From: Synechococcus sp. | GTDB taxonomy: Bacteria > Cyanobacteriota > Cyanobacteriia > PCC-6307 > Cyanobiaceae | Assembly (NCBI GenBank): GCA_047285805.1 | Contig: JBJBCN010000003.1 | Coordinates: 96,001-160,000 of the forward strand | Direction: 5' to 3' | DNA length: 64,000 nucleotides | Part shown: piece after piece, positions 10,295-23,503 of the stretch | How the letters are laid out: every line of letters begins with the position of its first letter | Numbering within the stretch: the first letter of the stretch is position 1 | Notes under the pieces: generated by a model | Told to the model about the DNA's origin: nothing | The model's input: only the letters and a program-made list of their open reading frames with translations | Database searches by the model: none | Made by a program: the position numbers and the translations under genes

Positions 10295-11275
10295 ATGACA
10301 AGAGAGGCGGACCAACCGGGTATCGGGGTTGGCACCTGGGCCTGGGGGAACCAGTTCCTCTGGGGCTATGACCCCAAGCGGGACGACGACCTGTTGGAGC
10401 AAACCTTCCGGCGCTGCCTCGAACTGGACTTTCACTTCTTTGACACCGCGGACTCCTATGGAACTGGGCGCCTGAACGGCCGCAGCGAAGAGCTGCTGGG
10501 GCGATTCGCCCTGCAGGCCAGCCCCAGCCAGCGGGAACAGCTCTGCCTGGCAACCAAATTGGCCCCCTTCCCCTGGCGCCTTGGCCGGAGGGGCTACACG
10601 AAAGCTTTTGCCGCCTCCCAGCGGCGCCTGCAGGGGCAGATGAAACGGGTGCAGCTCCACTGGAGCACCGCGCGGTACGCCCCCTGGCAGGAGCCGGCTC
10701 TCATTGATGGCTTGGCGGATCTAGTGGAAAGCGAAGCGGTCGCCAGCCTGGGGCTCTCGAACATGGGCCCCAAGCGCCTGCGCAGCGTGCACCGGAAACT
10801 CCAGGGACGAGGCATCCCCATCAGCAGCCTGCAAGTGCAGTTCTCTCTGCTGGCCCCGCAACCCCTTGAAGACGAAGGCATCGTCTCCACCTGCCGAGAG
10901 CTGGGCATTGACCTAATTGCCTACAGCCCCTTGGCACTTGGGCTCCTGGGCCGCAGCGCGCAGGAGCCCAGACCGACACCAAAAGGGACCCGCGGCAATC
11001 TCTTCCGCCGCCTAGAGACATCCCTGGGGCCCCTCCGCCAAACCATGGCGGAGATTGGCGCGGGGCGGCCCGGAGGGCTTGGGGCTGTCGCCCTGAATTG
11101 GTGCCGGGCCCACGGAGCCATGCCCATCCCGGGCATGCGGACCCCAGAGCAGGTCGAACAAGCGGCGGCGGCACGCAGCTGGAGCCTCACGGAAGGCGAA
11201 CGGACTGCCCTCGATCAGTTGGCCCGTCAGGACGGGGCAGCGCGGATGCCAGCCAATCCCTTCCAGAGCGCCTAG
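10295..11275 (+). CDS. Aldo/keto reductase
   Basis: GVGTWAWG, FDTADSYG, QLHW, IAYSPLALG and PIPG motifs. Confidence 0.9.
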   Translation: MTREADQPGIGVGTWAWGNQFLWGYDPKRDDDLLEQTFRRCLELDFHFFDTADSYGTGRLNGRSEELLGRFALQASPSQREQLCLATKLAPFPWRLGRRGYTKAFAASQRRLQGQMKRVQLHWSTARYAPWQEPALIDGLADLVESEAVASLGLSNMGPKRLRSVHRKLQGRGIPISSLQVQFSLLAPQPLEDEGIVSTCRELGIDLIAYSPLALGLLGRSAQEPRPTPKGTRGNLFRRLETSLGPLRQTMAEIGAGRPGGLGAVALNWCRAHGAMPIPGMRTPEQVEQAAAARSWSLTEGERTALDQLARQDGAARMPANPFQSA

Positions 11276-11278
11276 CAA

Positions 11279-11980
11279 TCAGTCGCCGCCCATCTCGGGA
11301 GACGGATCTGGAGTCAACACGACGGTCATCTGTTCCCGCTCAGGGGGCTGAGGGGTCTCAATGCGGCGGACCATGGGCACGACACGGGCCCGGGGGGGCT
11401 CAGGAGAAACGGGCTCAGGATGCTGGGGGTGGATCTCCTCGGCCGGCTCACTCGTACCTTCGTCACAGGCGCAGAGGGCCTCCTGCAACAGCGAGTCGAA
11501 GGTGGCACCGGGCAGACGGTGCCGGGCGATTTCTAGGAAGGCGCGGGCCAAGGATTCACCAGCGGCCGCCTTCAAGGCGGGATTGGTCCGGCGCTGCTCC
11601 TGCTCCTCTTCAACCGCGCGGATAAAGCGCTCGGTGACGTCCCGCTTGGTGGCCGCTCGGATGCGCGTCTCCTGCTCCTGGGGGTTGAGGCTGAGCTGTT
11701 GCTCGAGCTCCTCAAGGCGGCGGCAGAGGCTCTCCATCACCTCCTTCGCTTCCTTGCCCACATGGGCGAGCTGGCCATCGGAGAGGCGCGGCAGGTCGGC
11801 GACGAACACCTTGCCGTGGTCCCTCAGGGCCAAGAAAGTGGGCCGGACGTTGCTGCGACCGGAGTAGGGCTCGCGGCGCAGGGGACGATTAGGAGCTACT
11901 GGGCCCGCGGAGCTGCGGCGTCGGGTGGTCCGCCCGGAATTACTTACAAAAGCAGAAGAAGATTGCGCGTTGAAAGACAT
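11279..11980 (-). CDS. Conserved hypothetical coiled-coil protein
   Basis: Long helical ORF (RPTFLALRDHGKVFVADLP...FLEIARHRLPG). Confidence 0.7.
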   Translation of the reverse strand: MSFNAQSSSAFVSNSGRTTRRRSSAGPVAPNRPLRREPYSGRSNVRPTFLALRDHGKVFVADLPRLSDGQLAHVGKEAKEVMESLCRRLEELEQQLSLNPQEQETRIRAATKRDVTERFIRAVEEEQEQRRTNPALKAAAGESLARAFLEIARHRLPGATFDSLLQEALCACDEGTSEPAEEIHPQHPEPVSPEPPRARVVPMVRRIETPQPPEREQMTVVLTPDPSPEMGGD

Positions 11981-12156
11981 CTCAAACAACCCTATAAACA
12001 ACAGAACCTTGAACAGAAAGAAATCTGAACAACGGCCAATAGAACTGAATTACGGAACAACCACAAAACAGCTTGCGCGGAACTTAGGCAACAACTCAGG
12101 AGAAGGTGCCTTGATCTTGCGTGACTGAAGCAATTTGGCAGGTCTAGACCGCCGCT

Positions 12157-13191
12157 TCAGTACGGCAAACCCGCCAACGGCTCAGCGCCGGCCTCACCGG
12201 CTTCCACGGTGCCCAGCAACCAGGCACGGTGACCCACCTCGTGACATACGGCCATGGCGCGCTCTGCCTGAGCCTCAGGCAGCACCAGAGCCAAGCCCAC
12301 CCCGAGATTGAAGGTGTTCCAGAGATCCCGCTCCGGCACTTCACCCTTCTCCTGCAACCAACGGAAGAGCGCGGGACGCTCCCAGCTGCTTGGGTCAATA
12401 CAGCCATGGACACCAGCGGGCAGCGTCCGCGGCAGATTCTCGGGCAGACCGCCACCGGTGATGTGGGCCATCCCATGCAGGTTGAGCCCGTCATGCAGCA
12501 GGCGCTGCACCAACGACGGATAGAGCACCGTGGGCTCCAGCAGGGCATCCAGCACGGGCAGCGCCTCCCCCTCGAGCAGCGTGGAGACGGTCACTCCCTG
12601 GGCCTCCAGGATCCGGCGCACCAAGCTGAAGCCATTGCTGTGAACGCCGCTACTGGCCACAGCCACGATGCGATCACCGGCTTGGACGCGGCTGCCATCG
12701 ATCAGCTCGTCTTCATCGACCACCGCCACGCAAAAACCAGCCAGGTCGTAGCGGCCCGGGCCGTAGAACCCCGGCATTTCGGCGGTCTCTCCGCCAAGGA
12801 GGGCGCAGCCGCTCTGGCGACAGCCATCGGCAATGCCCTCCACGACTTCAGCCATGGCCTCGGGCGTGAGCTTGCCGGTGGCGATGTAATCGAGGAAAAA
12901 CAACGGCTGGGCGCCGCTCGTCACCACGTCGTTGACGCACATGGCGACAAGGTCAATGCCGACCCCGTGGTGACGGCCATGGGCCTGGGCTAACTCCAAC
13001 TTTGTGCCCACCCCATCGGTTCCTGAAACCAAGAGGGGCTTCTTGATCCCCTCAGGAATGCGGCAAAGCCCACCAAAGCCCCCCAAGCCGCCCACCACTT
13101 CAGGCCTTCGGGTGGACTCAACACTGGAGCGGATGCGCTCGACAAACGCACGTCCAGCCACCACATCAACGCCAGCGGTGCGGTAGTCCAT
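12157..13191 (-). CDS. purM: Phosphoribosylformylglycinamidine cyclo-ligase (AIR synthetase)
   Basis: [24 protein letters not shown] and HITGGG motifs. Confidence 0.97.
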   Translation of the reverse strand: MDYRTAGVDVVAGRAFVERIRSSVESTRRPEVVGGLGGFGGLCRIPEGIKKPLLVSGTDGVGTKLELAQAHGRHHGVGIDLVAMCVNDVVTSGAQPLFFLDYIATGKLTPEAMAEVVEGIADGCRQSGCALLGGETAEMPGFYGPGRYDLAGFCVAVVDEDELIDGSRVQAGDRIVAVASSGVHSNGFSLVRRILEAQGVTVSTLLEGEALPVLDALLEPTVLYPSLVQRLLHDGLNLHGMAHITGGGLPENLPRTLPAGVHGCIDPSSWERPALFRWLQEKGEVPERDLWNTFNLGVGLALVLPEAQAERAMAVCHEVGHRAWLLGTVEAGEAGAEPLAGLPY

Positions 13192-13578
13192 GCCCTAGAC
13201 GGCCCATCTGTTCTTCTGATACTGCCCCCTCAGCCAACCAAACGCTCCAAAAATTAAGTGGGCAATCCCAAGATTGCACCACACTTCAATCAGCTGAACC
13301 GATCAAAATAATTACCCCCACTAATGCCTGGCTGGCAATTCGTGAGTCCGAAACCCTGCCGGGGAAAGAGTTTCCCGGCACGATTGCCAATCCTGATAAA
13401 TGCAAGCCGGCCAATGTGCCAGAAAACGTTGATGCGACTCCGACTAACTTTCAGCTGACGTTTATGTACCGAGGAACATCTCCGAACATTCGCTACAAAT
13501 ACATCGCGTTTTTGCCGCCCTTGCCATCGCGTTGAAATTCAGCCACTCGACCTCTTGTGACTCGGTGTTCCGGTTCTT

Positions 13579-14064
13579 ATGCGTCGTCTCTTTTTCCTCG
13601 GCGGGTTTGCTCTCCTGCTTTCTGGGAGCAGCAATGCCAATTCATTGCTGGCCACCAAGAACACGGCGATCCCCGAGATCCCCGCGGCGAGGACTGTTGC
13701 TCTGCGAAACGTTGAAACCCCTGGAACGGAGTCCGAAGCCCCGAAGCAGACCGCAGCTCGCATTCGCTCCGTGAGCACCGGCGAAGCCAGCTGGTATGGA
13801 CCGGGCTTCTACGGCAACCGCACCGCCAACGGTGAAGTCTTCCGCCCTGGCACTCTGACGGCGGCCCACCGGACCCTGCCGTTCGGCACCAAGGTGCGTG
13901 TGACCAACCTTTGGAACGGCCGCAGCGCGGTTGTTCGCATCAATGACCGGGGCCCGTTCTACGGCCACCGGGTGATTGACCTGGCCCACGGTGCAGCCAG
14001 CCAGCTCGGCCTGATCTCCAGCGGAATCGCCCAGGTGAAGCTCGAGGTGCTGCAAGCTCAGTAG
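13579..14064 (+). CDS. rlpA: Septal ring lytic transglycosylase RlpA family protein
   Basis: GEASWYG, TAAHRTLPFGT and RINDRGPF motifs. Confidence 0.9.
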   Translation: MRRLFFLGGFALLLSGSSNANSLLATKNTAIPEIPAARTVALRNVETPGTESEAPKQTAARIRSVSTGEASWYGPGFYGNRTANGEVFRPGTLTAAHRTLPFGTKVRVTNLWNGRSAVVRINDRGPFYGHRVIDLAHGAASQLGLISSGIAQVKLEVLQAQ

Positions 14065-14081
14065 GAATTCGCCCTCTCGCA

Positions 14082-15626
14082 GTGCAGCTGCTGCAAACGC
14101 GCGCCGAGCTGGAGGCCTGGCGCAACAGTTCCGCTGGGCGTCCCCTGCACTGCGTTCCCACGATGGGGGCCTTGCATGGGGGCCACGGCAGCCTCATACA
14201 GCACGCCGGTAGCGCCGCACCTGGAAAAGCCAAGCCCCTGGTGCTCACCAGCGTGTTTGTGAACCCGCTCCAATTTGGGCCCAACGAAGACTTCGCCCTC
14301 TACCCACGCTGCCTGGAGGACGATCTCCAACTCGCCCAAGCGGCAGGCGCCGATGCCCTCTTCGCGCCCAGTGTTGAGGAGATCTATCCCCAAGGCGAGC
14401 GGGAACTCACCCGCATCCACCCTCCACCGTCGCTGCAGGAAGGACTCTGCGGTAGGCACAGGCAGGGCCATTTCGGCGGAGTGGCCACGGTGGTCGTCCG
14501 GCTCCTCGCTCTGATCCGCCCGCAGGTCCTGGTGCTCGGAGAGAAGGACTGGCAACAGTTAGTCATCATGAGACGCGTCATCAGCGACTTGGGCCTCCCG
14601 ATCCAAGTCTTGGGTTGCCCCACCCTGCGGGAGGCCGATGGCCTGGCCATGAGCTCCCGCAATCGCTACCTCTCAACGGAAGAGCGACGGCAGGCTGCCG
14701 TCATGCCCCAAGCGCTGCAGCAAGCAGCCGCCCGCTGCCTGCAGCAGAAGGGCATAGCGCTCGCGCCCCTAGAAGCCGAAGTCCGTCACGCCCTGGAGCG
14801 CGCAGACATGCTGGTGGAGTATGTGGAGGCCGTGAAGCCTCTGTGCCTCCAGGCCCAACCCCGTCTCAGCGGACTCACCTTGCTGGCGGTGGCGGCCCAC
14901 TGCGGCCCAAGCAGACTGATTGACCACGTCTTTCTCATGAGCCGAGCCCCAATCATTGCGATCGATGGACCTGCCGGTGCTGGCAAAAGCACAGTGACCC
15001 GTGCCTTTGCCGAACGGCTCGGATTGATCTATCTGGACACCGGAGCGATGTATCGCGCCGTGACGTGGCTCGTGCAAGAGCGTGGTGTCAAGCCCAGCAG
15101 CGCGGAGGAGGTCGCCCCCCTGCTGGCGGGTCTCGACCTTCAGCTCAGCAGCAGCGCTAACGGCCAACGGGTCAGCGTCAACGGGGTCGATGTGACGCAG
15201 GCCATCCGCTCACCTGAGGTCACCGCCCAGGTGTCCGTGGTCGCGGCCCATGGCTGCGTGCGTGAGGCGCTGACCCTGCAGCAACAGGCCATGGGCGGCC
15301 GTGGTGGCCTGGTAGCGGAAGGACGGGACATCGGGACAGCCGTCTTCCCCGACGCCGAGTTGAAGGTGTTTCTGACAGCCACCGTGAGCGAACGGGCCCG
15401 CCGGAGGGCCCTCGATCTCGAACAGCGTGGTTTCGAGGTGCCGGCGCTGGCCGACCTCGAAGCGCAGATTGCGGAGAGGGACCACCTGGACTCGACTCGG
15501 AGCGTCGCTCCTCTCACCAAAGCGGAGGATGCGGTTGAGCTAACCACGGACGGTATGACTATCGACTCAGTGATTCAGCGACTTGTGGACCTCTTCCGCG
15601 AGAGAGTTCCCCACGACGCTTGGTGA
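14082..15626 (+). CDS. panC/cmk: Bifunctional pantoate-beta-alanine ligase / cytidylate kinase
   Basis: PTMGALHGGH, GEKDWQQ and MSSRN, followed by AIDGPAGAGKST and EGRDIGT. Confidence 0.95.
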   Translation: MQLLQTRAELEAWRNSSAGRPLHCVPTMGALHGGHGSLIQHAGSAAPGKAKPLVLTSVFVNPLQFGPNEDFALYPRCLEDDLQLAQAAGADALFAPSVEEIYPQGERELTRIHPPPSLQEGLCGRHRQGHFGGVATVVVRLLALIRPQVLVLGEKDWQQLVIMRRVISDLGLPIQVLGCPTLREADGLAMSSRNRYLSTEERRQAAVMPQALQQAAARCLQQKGIALAPLEAEVRHALERADMLVEYVEAVKPLCLQAQPRLSGLTLLAVAAHCGPSRLIDHVFLMSRAPIIAIDGPAGAGKSTVTRAFAERLGLIYLDTGAMYRAVTWLVQERGVKPSSAEEVAPLLAGLDLQLSSSANGQRVSVNGVDVTQAIRSPEVTAQVSVVAAHGCVREALTLQQQAMGGRGGLVAEGRDIGTAVFPDAELKVFLTATVSERARRRALDLEQRGFEVPALADLEAQIAERDHLDSTRSVAPLTKAEDAVELTTDGMTIDSVIQRLVDLFRERVPHDAW

Positions 15627-15695
15627 GCAATAAATCTCTGAACGGAAGCCAAGAAAGCTCCAACCAATGAAAAGCCAAGTAAATGGAAGGCAAAT

Positions 15696-15728
15696 AAAAA
15701 GGCTTGAGTCGGAGTAAGGACTCAAGCC
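15696..15728 (-). terminator. Intrinsic terminator after the linker gene
   Basis: GGCTTGAGTC/GACTCAAGCC stem with an A-run on the + strand. Confidence 0.75.
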
Positions 15729-15765
15729 ATGGACGAAGCCTTAGAAAAGGCAGTAAGAATATGAA

Positions 15766-16626
15766 TCAGGAGCGGTACAAGAACTTGCCGCCATACATGC
15801 GCCTGTAAGCCGCATTGAGAGGATTGCTAACGGCCTTGGTATAAACGAATTCGGTACTGTCGAAGTTGAAGGGAGTAGGGACAAACGCCGCCGTCTTTTT
15901 ATTGAGAACCCTAACAAGCAGGCTTGAGGATTGCATAGCGTTTTCCGAACTTGCATTTGCCGGCGCCAACTCGGCCATGCTAGTGAAAGTAGAGCAATAA
16001 GAACGCGCCTCAGATTTAAATGCACGCAGATAGGGAACAGTATCGAGACCAAAGGTCTCAAGATACTCCTCGGAAGTAACTAAATGATCGACAAATGCGT
16101 CGAAACCGCTGGCAGCAATAGTCTGAATTGCAGAGCTGACTTCCGAGTGACTAATAGGAGGACGGCCAAGGAGATGCTTTACAGTGAGCTCTACACTGCG
16201 CATGGGAGCGACAGAATGGAAGAACTTTTTCTTGTACAGGTCTGACTTAACCAAGCCAGCCATAAAGTCGCGAACTTTAATGCGACCATCCCGCAAAAAA
16301 GCCTCGAGCGAGGTGAGTCGCTCATTAGAAGAAATGCCAATATTTCCAAAGACTTGCTTATAACTCGCAGAAATGGCTGAATTCAGAGCATCCTCACCTG
16401 TTGCAGCATAAGAATGATTAACGGAGGAGAATGGGCACTCTTCGTGAATCCTCGGACCCGTACCAAGCGCCATGGAGCCGCACTGGTGCTCCTTGTATTG
16501 AGCGGGAGTCACAGCTGCCTTGCGACCATTGGAAGCAGCACTTTTGGCAGCATCGTTCGCGTTGGTGTGAGCGAACGAGACACGAGCTTTATCAACGAAG
16601 CTCTGCTTGAACTTGATAGCCGGCAT
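15766..16626 (-). CDS. Phycoerythrin II-associated rod linker (MpeE/F/G/H family)
   Basis: QCxxMxxGxGPRxHxECPF N-terminal motif of PE-II linkers; YKQVFGN, KHLLGRPP and FGxDTVPY linker domain. Confidence 0.82.
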   Translation of the reverse strand: MPAIKFKQSFVDKARVSFAHTNANDAAKSAASNGRKAAVTPAQYKEHQCGSMALGTGPRIHEECPFSSVNHSYAATGEDALNSAISASYKQVFGNIGISSNERLTSLEAFLRDGRIKVRDFMAGLVKSDLYKKKFFHSVAPMRSVELTVKHLLGRPPISHSEVSSAIQTIAASGFDAFVDHLVTSEEYLETFGLDTVPYLRAFKSEARSYCSTFTSMAELAPANASSENAMQSSSLLVRVLNKKTAAFVPTPFNFDSTEFVYTKAVSNPLNAAYRRMYGGKFLYRS

Positions 16627-16960
16627 GGTGTGCTTGGGGGGGGTAGGTTGAGTATGGTTTTAGTTCTAGGACATATCGGGCCGCATGGATAAGAAGTGAC
16701 GCCGAAGTTCAAACAAATTTAGACTGAGCCGACCAATGGGCTCACAAAGCAGTTACTGCAATGGATCTCGAGATCAGGGAGGGGTGAGGGACAACAGAAA
16801 GAAGCCACACCGTCAGCCCGGAAGGGGCTCGGCAATGAGGTGACGAGAAGCGGGGCTCCCTCATGCGCGCCCGAGATAGAGCATTGATTGCTTTTTATAG
16901 GTAGAAACCTGAAGCATATAGATAGATGAAAACCCAAAAGGGTACTGAGCGGGGACTTGA

Positions 16961-17434
16961 TTAAGTAAGAGAGTCCAATAATCCACGACAAGAATCATCT
17001 AACAGGTCAAGAACATATTCAAAGCCCCTGGGTCCGCCATAGTAGGGATCAGGAATATCTAGCTCATTGAAACTCCTTCGATAGTTTGTTATAGGTTCTA
17101 CAGATGCAAGACTTGGCTCATCAGATAGACGAGCAACCATAGACTTTACAGAACGGGTATTTTGAGAATCCATCGTAATAACCTTGTCGAAGGCTATCAG
17201 GTCAGAAGGCTGTATCTGACGGGCAAGACTTGGCAGATGAATACCTCGTCTCTCGGCGGCGGCTACCATTCGATGATCTGGCTGGCTACCAACATGCCAC
17301 CCTCCAGTTCCAGCGCTATCAATAAAGAATCTGTCGGCTAGACCTTGTTGAAGAATCAAGTTCAGAAAAATTCCTTCGGCTGCAGGTGATCGACAGATAT
17401 TGCCTAGGCAGACGAACAATAAGCGATTTGTCAT
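16961..17434 (-). CDS. Low molecular weight protein-tyrosine phosphatase
   Basis: VCLGNICRS and DPYYG motifs. Confidence 0.93.
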   Translation of the reverse strand: MTNRLLFVCLGNICRSPAAEGIFLNLILQQGLADRFFIDSAGTGGWHVGSQPDHRMVAAAERRGIHLPSLARQIQPSDLIAFDKVITMDSQNTRSVKSMVARLSDEPSLASVEPITNYRRSFNELDIPDPYYGGPRGFEYVLDLLDDSCRGLLDSLT

Positions 17435-18063
17435 GCCCCATTCAATCGCTGGATGGCAATGCTAGCTCGATCTCTGAGAATAGCTGGAGTATCAGTAAGG
17501 CTTAACATCTTGGTCAGAGCATCCAAACCCTGCGCTTGATTAATATGTTGAATCAAGCGCCGCTCAAGACCAACACAAGCTGCGTAGCGGACACTCCACT
17601 CAGAGTCAAAGCTTGCGAGTGACAATGAGTGAATGCATTTCTCAAACTGACTCTCAGCAATGGCGGGAACACTAGAGAGAACCATGACTCCAAGCCCCTT
17701 AGCCGCAGCATAACGGACACTAGGACCTATATCGTTAAGCAACACATAGGAAAGAAGTTCTAAAGCCCGTGAATCTCTAATTTGGGCCAATGCACGGACG
17801 CACCAAGCTCTAGCGGAATAATTGTCTGGATCAAGATGCTCTAATACAAGGGGAACAGCGTCAGGGCCAATGTTAATAATTCCACGAGTAGCCACTTGGG
17901 CTAAAAGTGGGTTATTGAACCCCAAAACCTCAATGAGCTTTGGTACAGCATGCAGATCAACGAGGTCCGCTAAAGCCTGAACGGTTAACAAGAGCTCGTC
18001 GCGACTCAATGCTCTATCGACCGCATCGATCGCCTTCTGAAGGGACGGCCCACAGGTCACCAT
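17431..18063 (-). CDS. rpcF: Phycocyanin alpha-subunit lyase, F subunit (RpcF/CpcF)
   Basis: HEAT repeats, LIEVLGFNNP and EWSVRYAACVGL; follows the E subunit. Confidence 0.8.
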   Translation of the reverse strand: MVTCGPSLQKAIDAVDRALSRDELLLTVQALADLVDLHAVPKLIEVLGFNNPLLAQVATRGIINIGPDAVPLVLEHLDPDNYSARAWCVRALAQIRDSRALELLSYVLLNDIGPSVRYAAAKGLGVMVLSSVPAIAESQFEKCIHSLSLASFDSEWSVRYAACVGLERRLIQHINQAQGLDALTKMLSLTDTPAILRDRASIAIQRLNGA

Positions 18064-18851
18064 AACTCGTCCATATACTCAAGAATCACGGACTTAGCAA
18101 AAGCATCTGTTACGTCAGAGTTTTTTAATCCACATGGATCATCATAGATCCCCCTCAATGCAATCATTTTGATACTAGTTTCTACAGAAGCCTGTGAAAT
18201 CGATTCAGCGAAGGGGTACCATCCAGAACAACCCATATCAAGGATCACACTCCGCCTAATCTGGATAAAGGGATTGTCATATAGTTCAAGAAGTAAGTTC
18301 GCCCAAACAGGGTCTTCTGTCAATCTAAGCAAGGAGCGTGAAGAGGCAGAACGAACAAGAGTATCCCCACATTCGGAATATCTACTAAGCATATGGATTA
18401 CATGATCGCTTGGATTTCGGAAATCACCTAAGGCCTCAAGACAGGCCTCCAACATTTTGTTACTAAGTCTAGATCCGTCTTCAAGAAAACCAAGAATGAT
18501 AGAGGTTGCCTCAAGCAAACGCGAAGAAGCAACCACTCGGACAGCCTCAACGGCAACATCTTGATCACCACATAATAGGCAAGCGAATACATGCTCTCTC
18601 AACTTGTCAGCGTCTAGATATACAAGTGCTCTGAGAATATTCAGGACAAGGTCTCTGCTTGCAACTGGCCTACTCGGCGATTCAAGGTATTCCCGCAGAT
18701 GTTCGCTAAATAGCTTAATAGTAACTGGACTTTTACTCCGTTCTCGCCCCAACCACCAAGCTGCATAATAGCGAGACGAGGAATCTTCACGTTGCTCTAA
18801 AAGCCTAAGAGCCTGGGCTTCATCAATAGGAGGTAGTGATGATGGTTGCAT
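18057..18851 (-). CDS. rpcE: Phycocyanin alpha-subunit lyase, E subunit (RpcE/CpcE)
   Basis: RYYAAWWLG, RRSVILDMG and terminal MDELW; downstream of rpcA. Confidence 0.8.
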   Translation of the reverse strand: MQPSSLPPIDEAQALRLLEQREDSSSRYYAAWWLGRERSKSPVTIKLFSEHLREYLESPSRPVASRDLVLNILRALVYLDADKLREHVFACLLCGDQDVAVEAVRVVASSRLLEATSIILGFLEDGSRLSNKMLEACLEALGDFRNPSDHVIHMLSRYSECGDTLVRSASSRSLLRLTEDPVWANLLLELYDNPFIQIRRSVILDMGCSGWYPFAESISQASVETSIKMIALRGIYDDPCGLKNSDVTDAFAKSVILEYMDELW

Positions 18852-18866
18852 CCGAATTATATGGAC

Positions 18867-18895
18867 AAAAAAAGAGCCCCCGTAGACGGGAGCTC
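18867..18895 (-). terminator. Intrinsic terminator after rpcA
   Basis: Minus strand GAGCTCCCGTCTACGGGGGCTC followed by T7. Confidence 0.75.
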
Positions 18896-18914
18896 CTGAG
18901 ATGGCTGTCGGGTA

Positions 18915-19403
18915 TCAGACCAGAGCATTAATGGCGTAATCCAGATAAGAGTTTGCCTCACCTGCAGCTTCACCACTTAGACCATGGTTAGCTTTAATGT
19001 ACTTAAGAGCTTCAACATACCAAGACGGGGAAAGCTCAAAAGTACGGTTGATCTCATCAAGACCAGCCAAGAGGTAGTCATCCATTGGACCGGTGCCACC
19101 TGCAACCAAGCAGTAGGTCACCATGCGGAGGTAGTAGCCGACGTCACGAGTACACTTCGCTTTGCCCTCAGGGGTCGCAGCGTATGCTGCACCTTGCATT
19201 TGGGTGGTGTAGGGGAACTTGCTATAAACAGCCTGAGCAGCTCCTGCGACCAAGGAATCAGCTTTCGATGTCAGGGACTTGGCAGCCTCAAGGGACGCCT
19301 TTGCACGGTTGAAGCGTCCAAAAGCTGCCTGGTTTTCAGTGTTGCTGAGAAAGCGACCCTGAGAATCGGCGGCAGCTACAGCTTCAGTAAGAGGGGTCTT
19401 CAT
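18915..19403 (-). CDS. rpcA: Phycocyanin alpha subunit
   Basis: [28 protein letters not shown] (Cys84); 162 aa. Confidence 0.96.
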   Translation of the reverse strand: MKTPLTEAVAAADSQGRFLSNTENQAAFGRFNRAKASLEAAKSLTSKADSLVAGAAQAVYSKFPYTTQMQGAAYAATPEGKAKCTRDVGYYLRMVTYCLVAGGTGPMDDYLLAGLDEINRTFELSPSWYVEALKYIKANHGLSGEAAGEANSYLDYAINALV

Positions 19404-19444
19404 GACTTAAAGGACGAGTGTGATTAAGAAAGACTTGTGGCAGA

Positions 19445-19963
19445 TCAAGCAACAGCAGCAGCGGCTCTATCGAAATAGGTGCCGATTTCACTGGCGAGTG
19501 CAGCACAATCGCCCTGGGTGATGCCCCCCTTGTCATTGACCAGAGAAAGGGCAGCATCCTTCATAAGATTTACGCCTGCTGCAACAGACGAACCAGGAGT
19601 ACCTAGAGCCAGATAGGTCTCGCGAAGACCATTGAGGCAACGATCTTCCATAACCGAAGCGTCACCAGTAAAGATCGCGTAGGTGACGTAACGGAGAATG
19701 ATCTCCATGTCCCGCAGGCATGCGGCCATGCGACGGGAGGTGTAAGCATTCCCACCTGGGGCGATCAGAGCGGGTTGGGAGGCGAAAAGCTGGCGAGCAG
19801 CAGCAGAGACGATTGCTGAGGCGTTGCTGCTGATGCGGTTGACAGCATCGAGGCGCTTGTTGCTGTCGGCAACCATTGCCGCCAGAGCGTCGAGCTCGCC
19901 TGTGCCGATGAACTGGCCTCGGGCATCTGCCTGGGCGACAACCTTGGTGAAGGCGTCGAACAT
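19445..19963 (-). CDS. rpcB: Phycocyanin beta subunit
   Basis: [30 protein letters not shown]; 172 aa. Confidence 0.96.
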   Translation of the reverse strand: MFDAFTKVVAQADARGQFIGTGELDALAAMVADSNKRLDAVNRISSNASAIVSAAARQLFASQPALIAPGGNAYTSRRMAACLRDMEIILRYVTYAIFTGDASVMEDRCLNGLRETYLALGTPGSSVAAGVNLMKDAALSLVNDKGGITQGDCAALASEIGTYFDRAAAAVA

Positions 19964-20227
19964 GAGTTAACTCCTTTGGGCTTCGTCTGAGGGAGGGAGA
20001 CTGCAGACGGATGGATGGGGTCTGCCGGGAGGCATGCCGCATCCCGTCTGAATGATTGTCGCCACGGGCCAGTGCTGCCCTGGGCTTGCGTTCATAATGT
20101 TTAATCAGTGTTGAGGAGCCTGTCAGGAGCAGCAGCAGGGCATCTCCGGTTTGAAGGGCTCAAGGGGTAAGTCACTTTTGGCGCGCTCAGCTCCTACGGT
20201 CATCGAGCCTTTGATCTAGAGACTCCT

Positions 20228-21403
20228 GTGGCCAAGGTCGGCGTTGTGTTGCTGAACCTCGGCGGCCCTGAACGCATCCAGGACGTCGGCCCCTTCCTTT
20301 ACAACCTCTTCGCGGACCCGGAGATCATCCGGCTCCCTAATCCAGCACTCCAAAAACCCCTCGCCTGGCTCATCAGCAGCCTGCGGTCCGGCAAATCACA
20401 GGCCGCCTATCGTTCCATCGGCGGTGGCTCCCCGTTGCGGCGCATCACCGAGCAGCAGGCACGGGAACTGCAGAGCACCCTGCGCCAGCGCGGCATCGAG
20501 GCCACCAGCTACGTGGCCATGCGCTACTGGCACCCCTTCACGGAATCCGCCGTCGCCGACATCAAGGCCGACGGCATTGATGAAGTGGTCGTCCTTCCTC
20601 TCTATCCCCACTTCTCCATCAGCACCAGCGGCTCCAGCTTCCGCGAACTGCAACGCCTACGCCAGGGCGATCCCTCCTTCTCCAATCTCCCCATCCGCTG
20701 CATCCGCAGCTACTACAACGACCCCGGTTACATCGGCGCCATGGCCGAACTGATCGGCAAAGAGATACGGGCCTGCCCCAACCCCGCTGACGCCCACGTC
20801 TTCTTCTCCGCCCACGGCGTCCCCAAGAGCTACGTCGAGGAAGCCGGTGACCCCTATCAAAAGGAAATCGAAACCTGCTCCCAGCTGATCATGGACAAGC
20901 TGGCCACCGATCTCGGCCACGCCAATCCATTCACCCTGGCCTACCAAAGCCGTGTCGGCCCGGTCGAGTGGCTCAAGCCCTACACCGATGAAGCACTCAA
21001 TGAGCTCGGTGAATCCGGCGTCAAGGACCTCGTCGTCGTCCCCATCAGCTTTGTCAGCGAGCACATCGAAACCCTCGAGGAAATCGATATCGAGTACCGC
21101 GAGATCGCAACGGAAGCCGGCATCACCAACTTCCGCCGCGTACCCGCACTCGACACCACCCCCTCCTTTATTGATGGTCTGGCCAACCTCGTCCAACACG
21201 CCCTAGAAGGACCCGAGGTCAACCTCGATCAAGCCGCCGCTCTACCCACCAAGGTCAAGCTCTATCCCCAGGACAAGTGGGCCTGGGGTTGGAACAACAG
21301 CTCTGAGGTCTGGAACGGGCGCTTGGCCATGCTCGGCTTCTCTGCTTTCCTCCTTGAACTCCTAAGCGGACGCGGGCCGCTTCATGCCATCGGGCTCCTC
21401 TAA
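20228..21403 (+). CDS. hemH: Ferrochelatase with C-terminal CAB/HLIP domain
   Basis: LLNLGGP, FSAHGVP, YQSRVGP and [13 protein letters not shown] motifs; [15 protein letters not shown] motif. Confidence 0.96.
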   Translation: MAKVGVVLLNLGGPERIQDVGPFLYNLFADPEIIRLPNPALQKPLAWLISSLRSGKSQAAYRSIGGGSPLRRITEQQARELQSTLRQRGIEATSYVAMRYWHPFTESAVADIKADGIDEVVVLPLYPHFSISTSGSSFRELQRLRQGDPSFSNLPIRCIRSYYNDPGYIGAMAELIGKEIRACPNPADAHVFFSAHGVPKSYVEEAGDPYQKEIETCSQLIMDKLATDLGHANPFTLAYQSRVGPVEWLKPYTDEALNELGESGVKDLVVVPISFVSEHIETLEEIDIEYREIATEAGITNFRRVPALDTTPSFIDGLANLVQHALEGPEVNLDQAAALPTKVKLYPQDKWAWGWNNSSEVWNGRLAMLGFSAFLLELLSGRGPLHAIGLL

Positions 21404-21414
21404 GTCTTCTGAGT

Positions 21415-23503
<2,089 letters not shown>

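Noticed and set aside
14082..15626. PanC-Cmk fusion as a novelty
   Set aside because: Well-known cyanobacterial fusion
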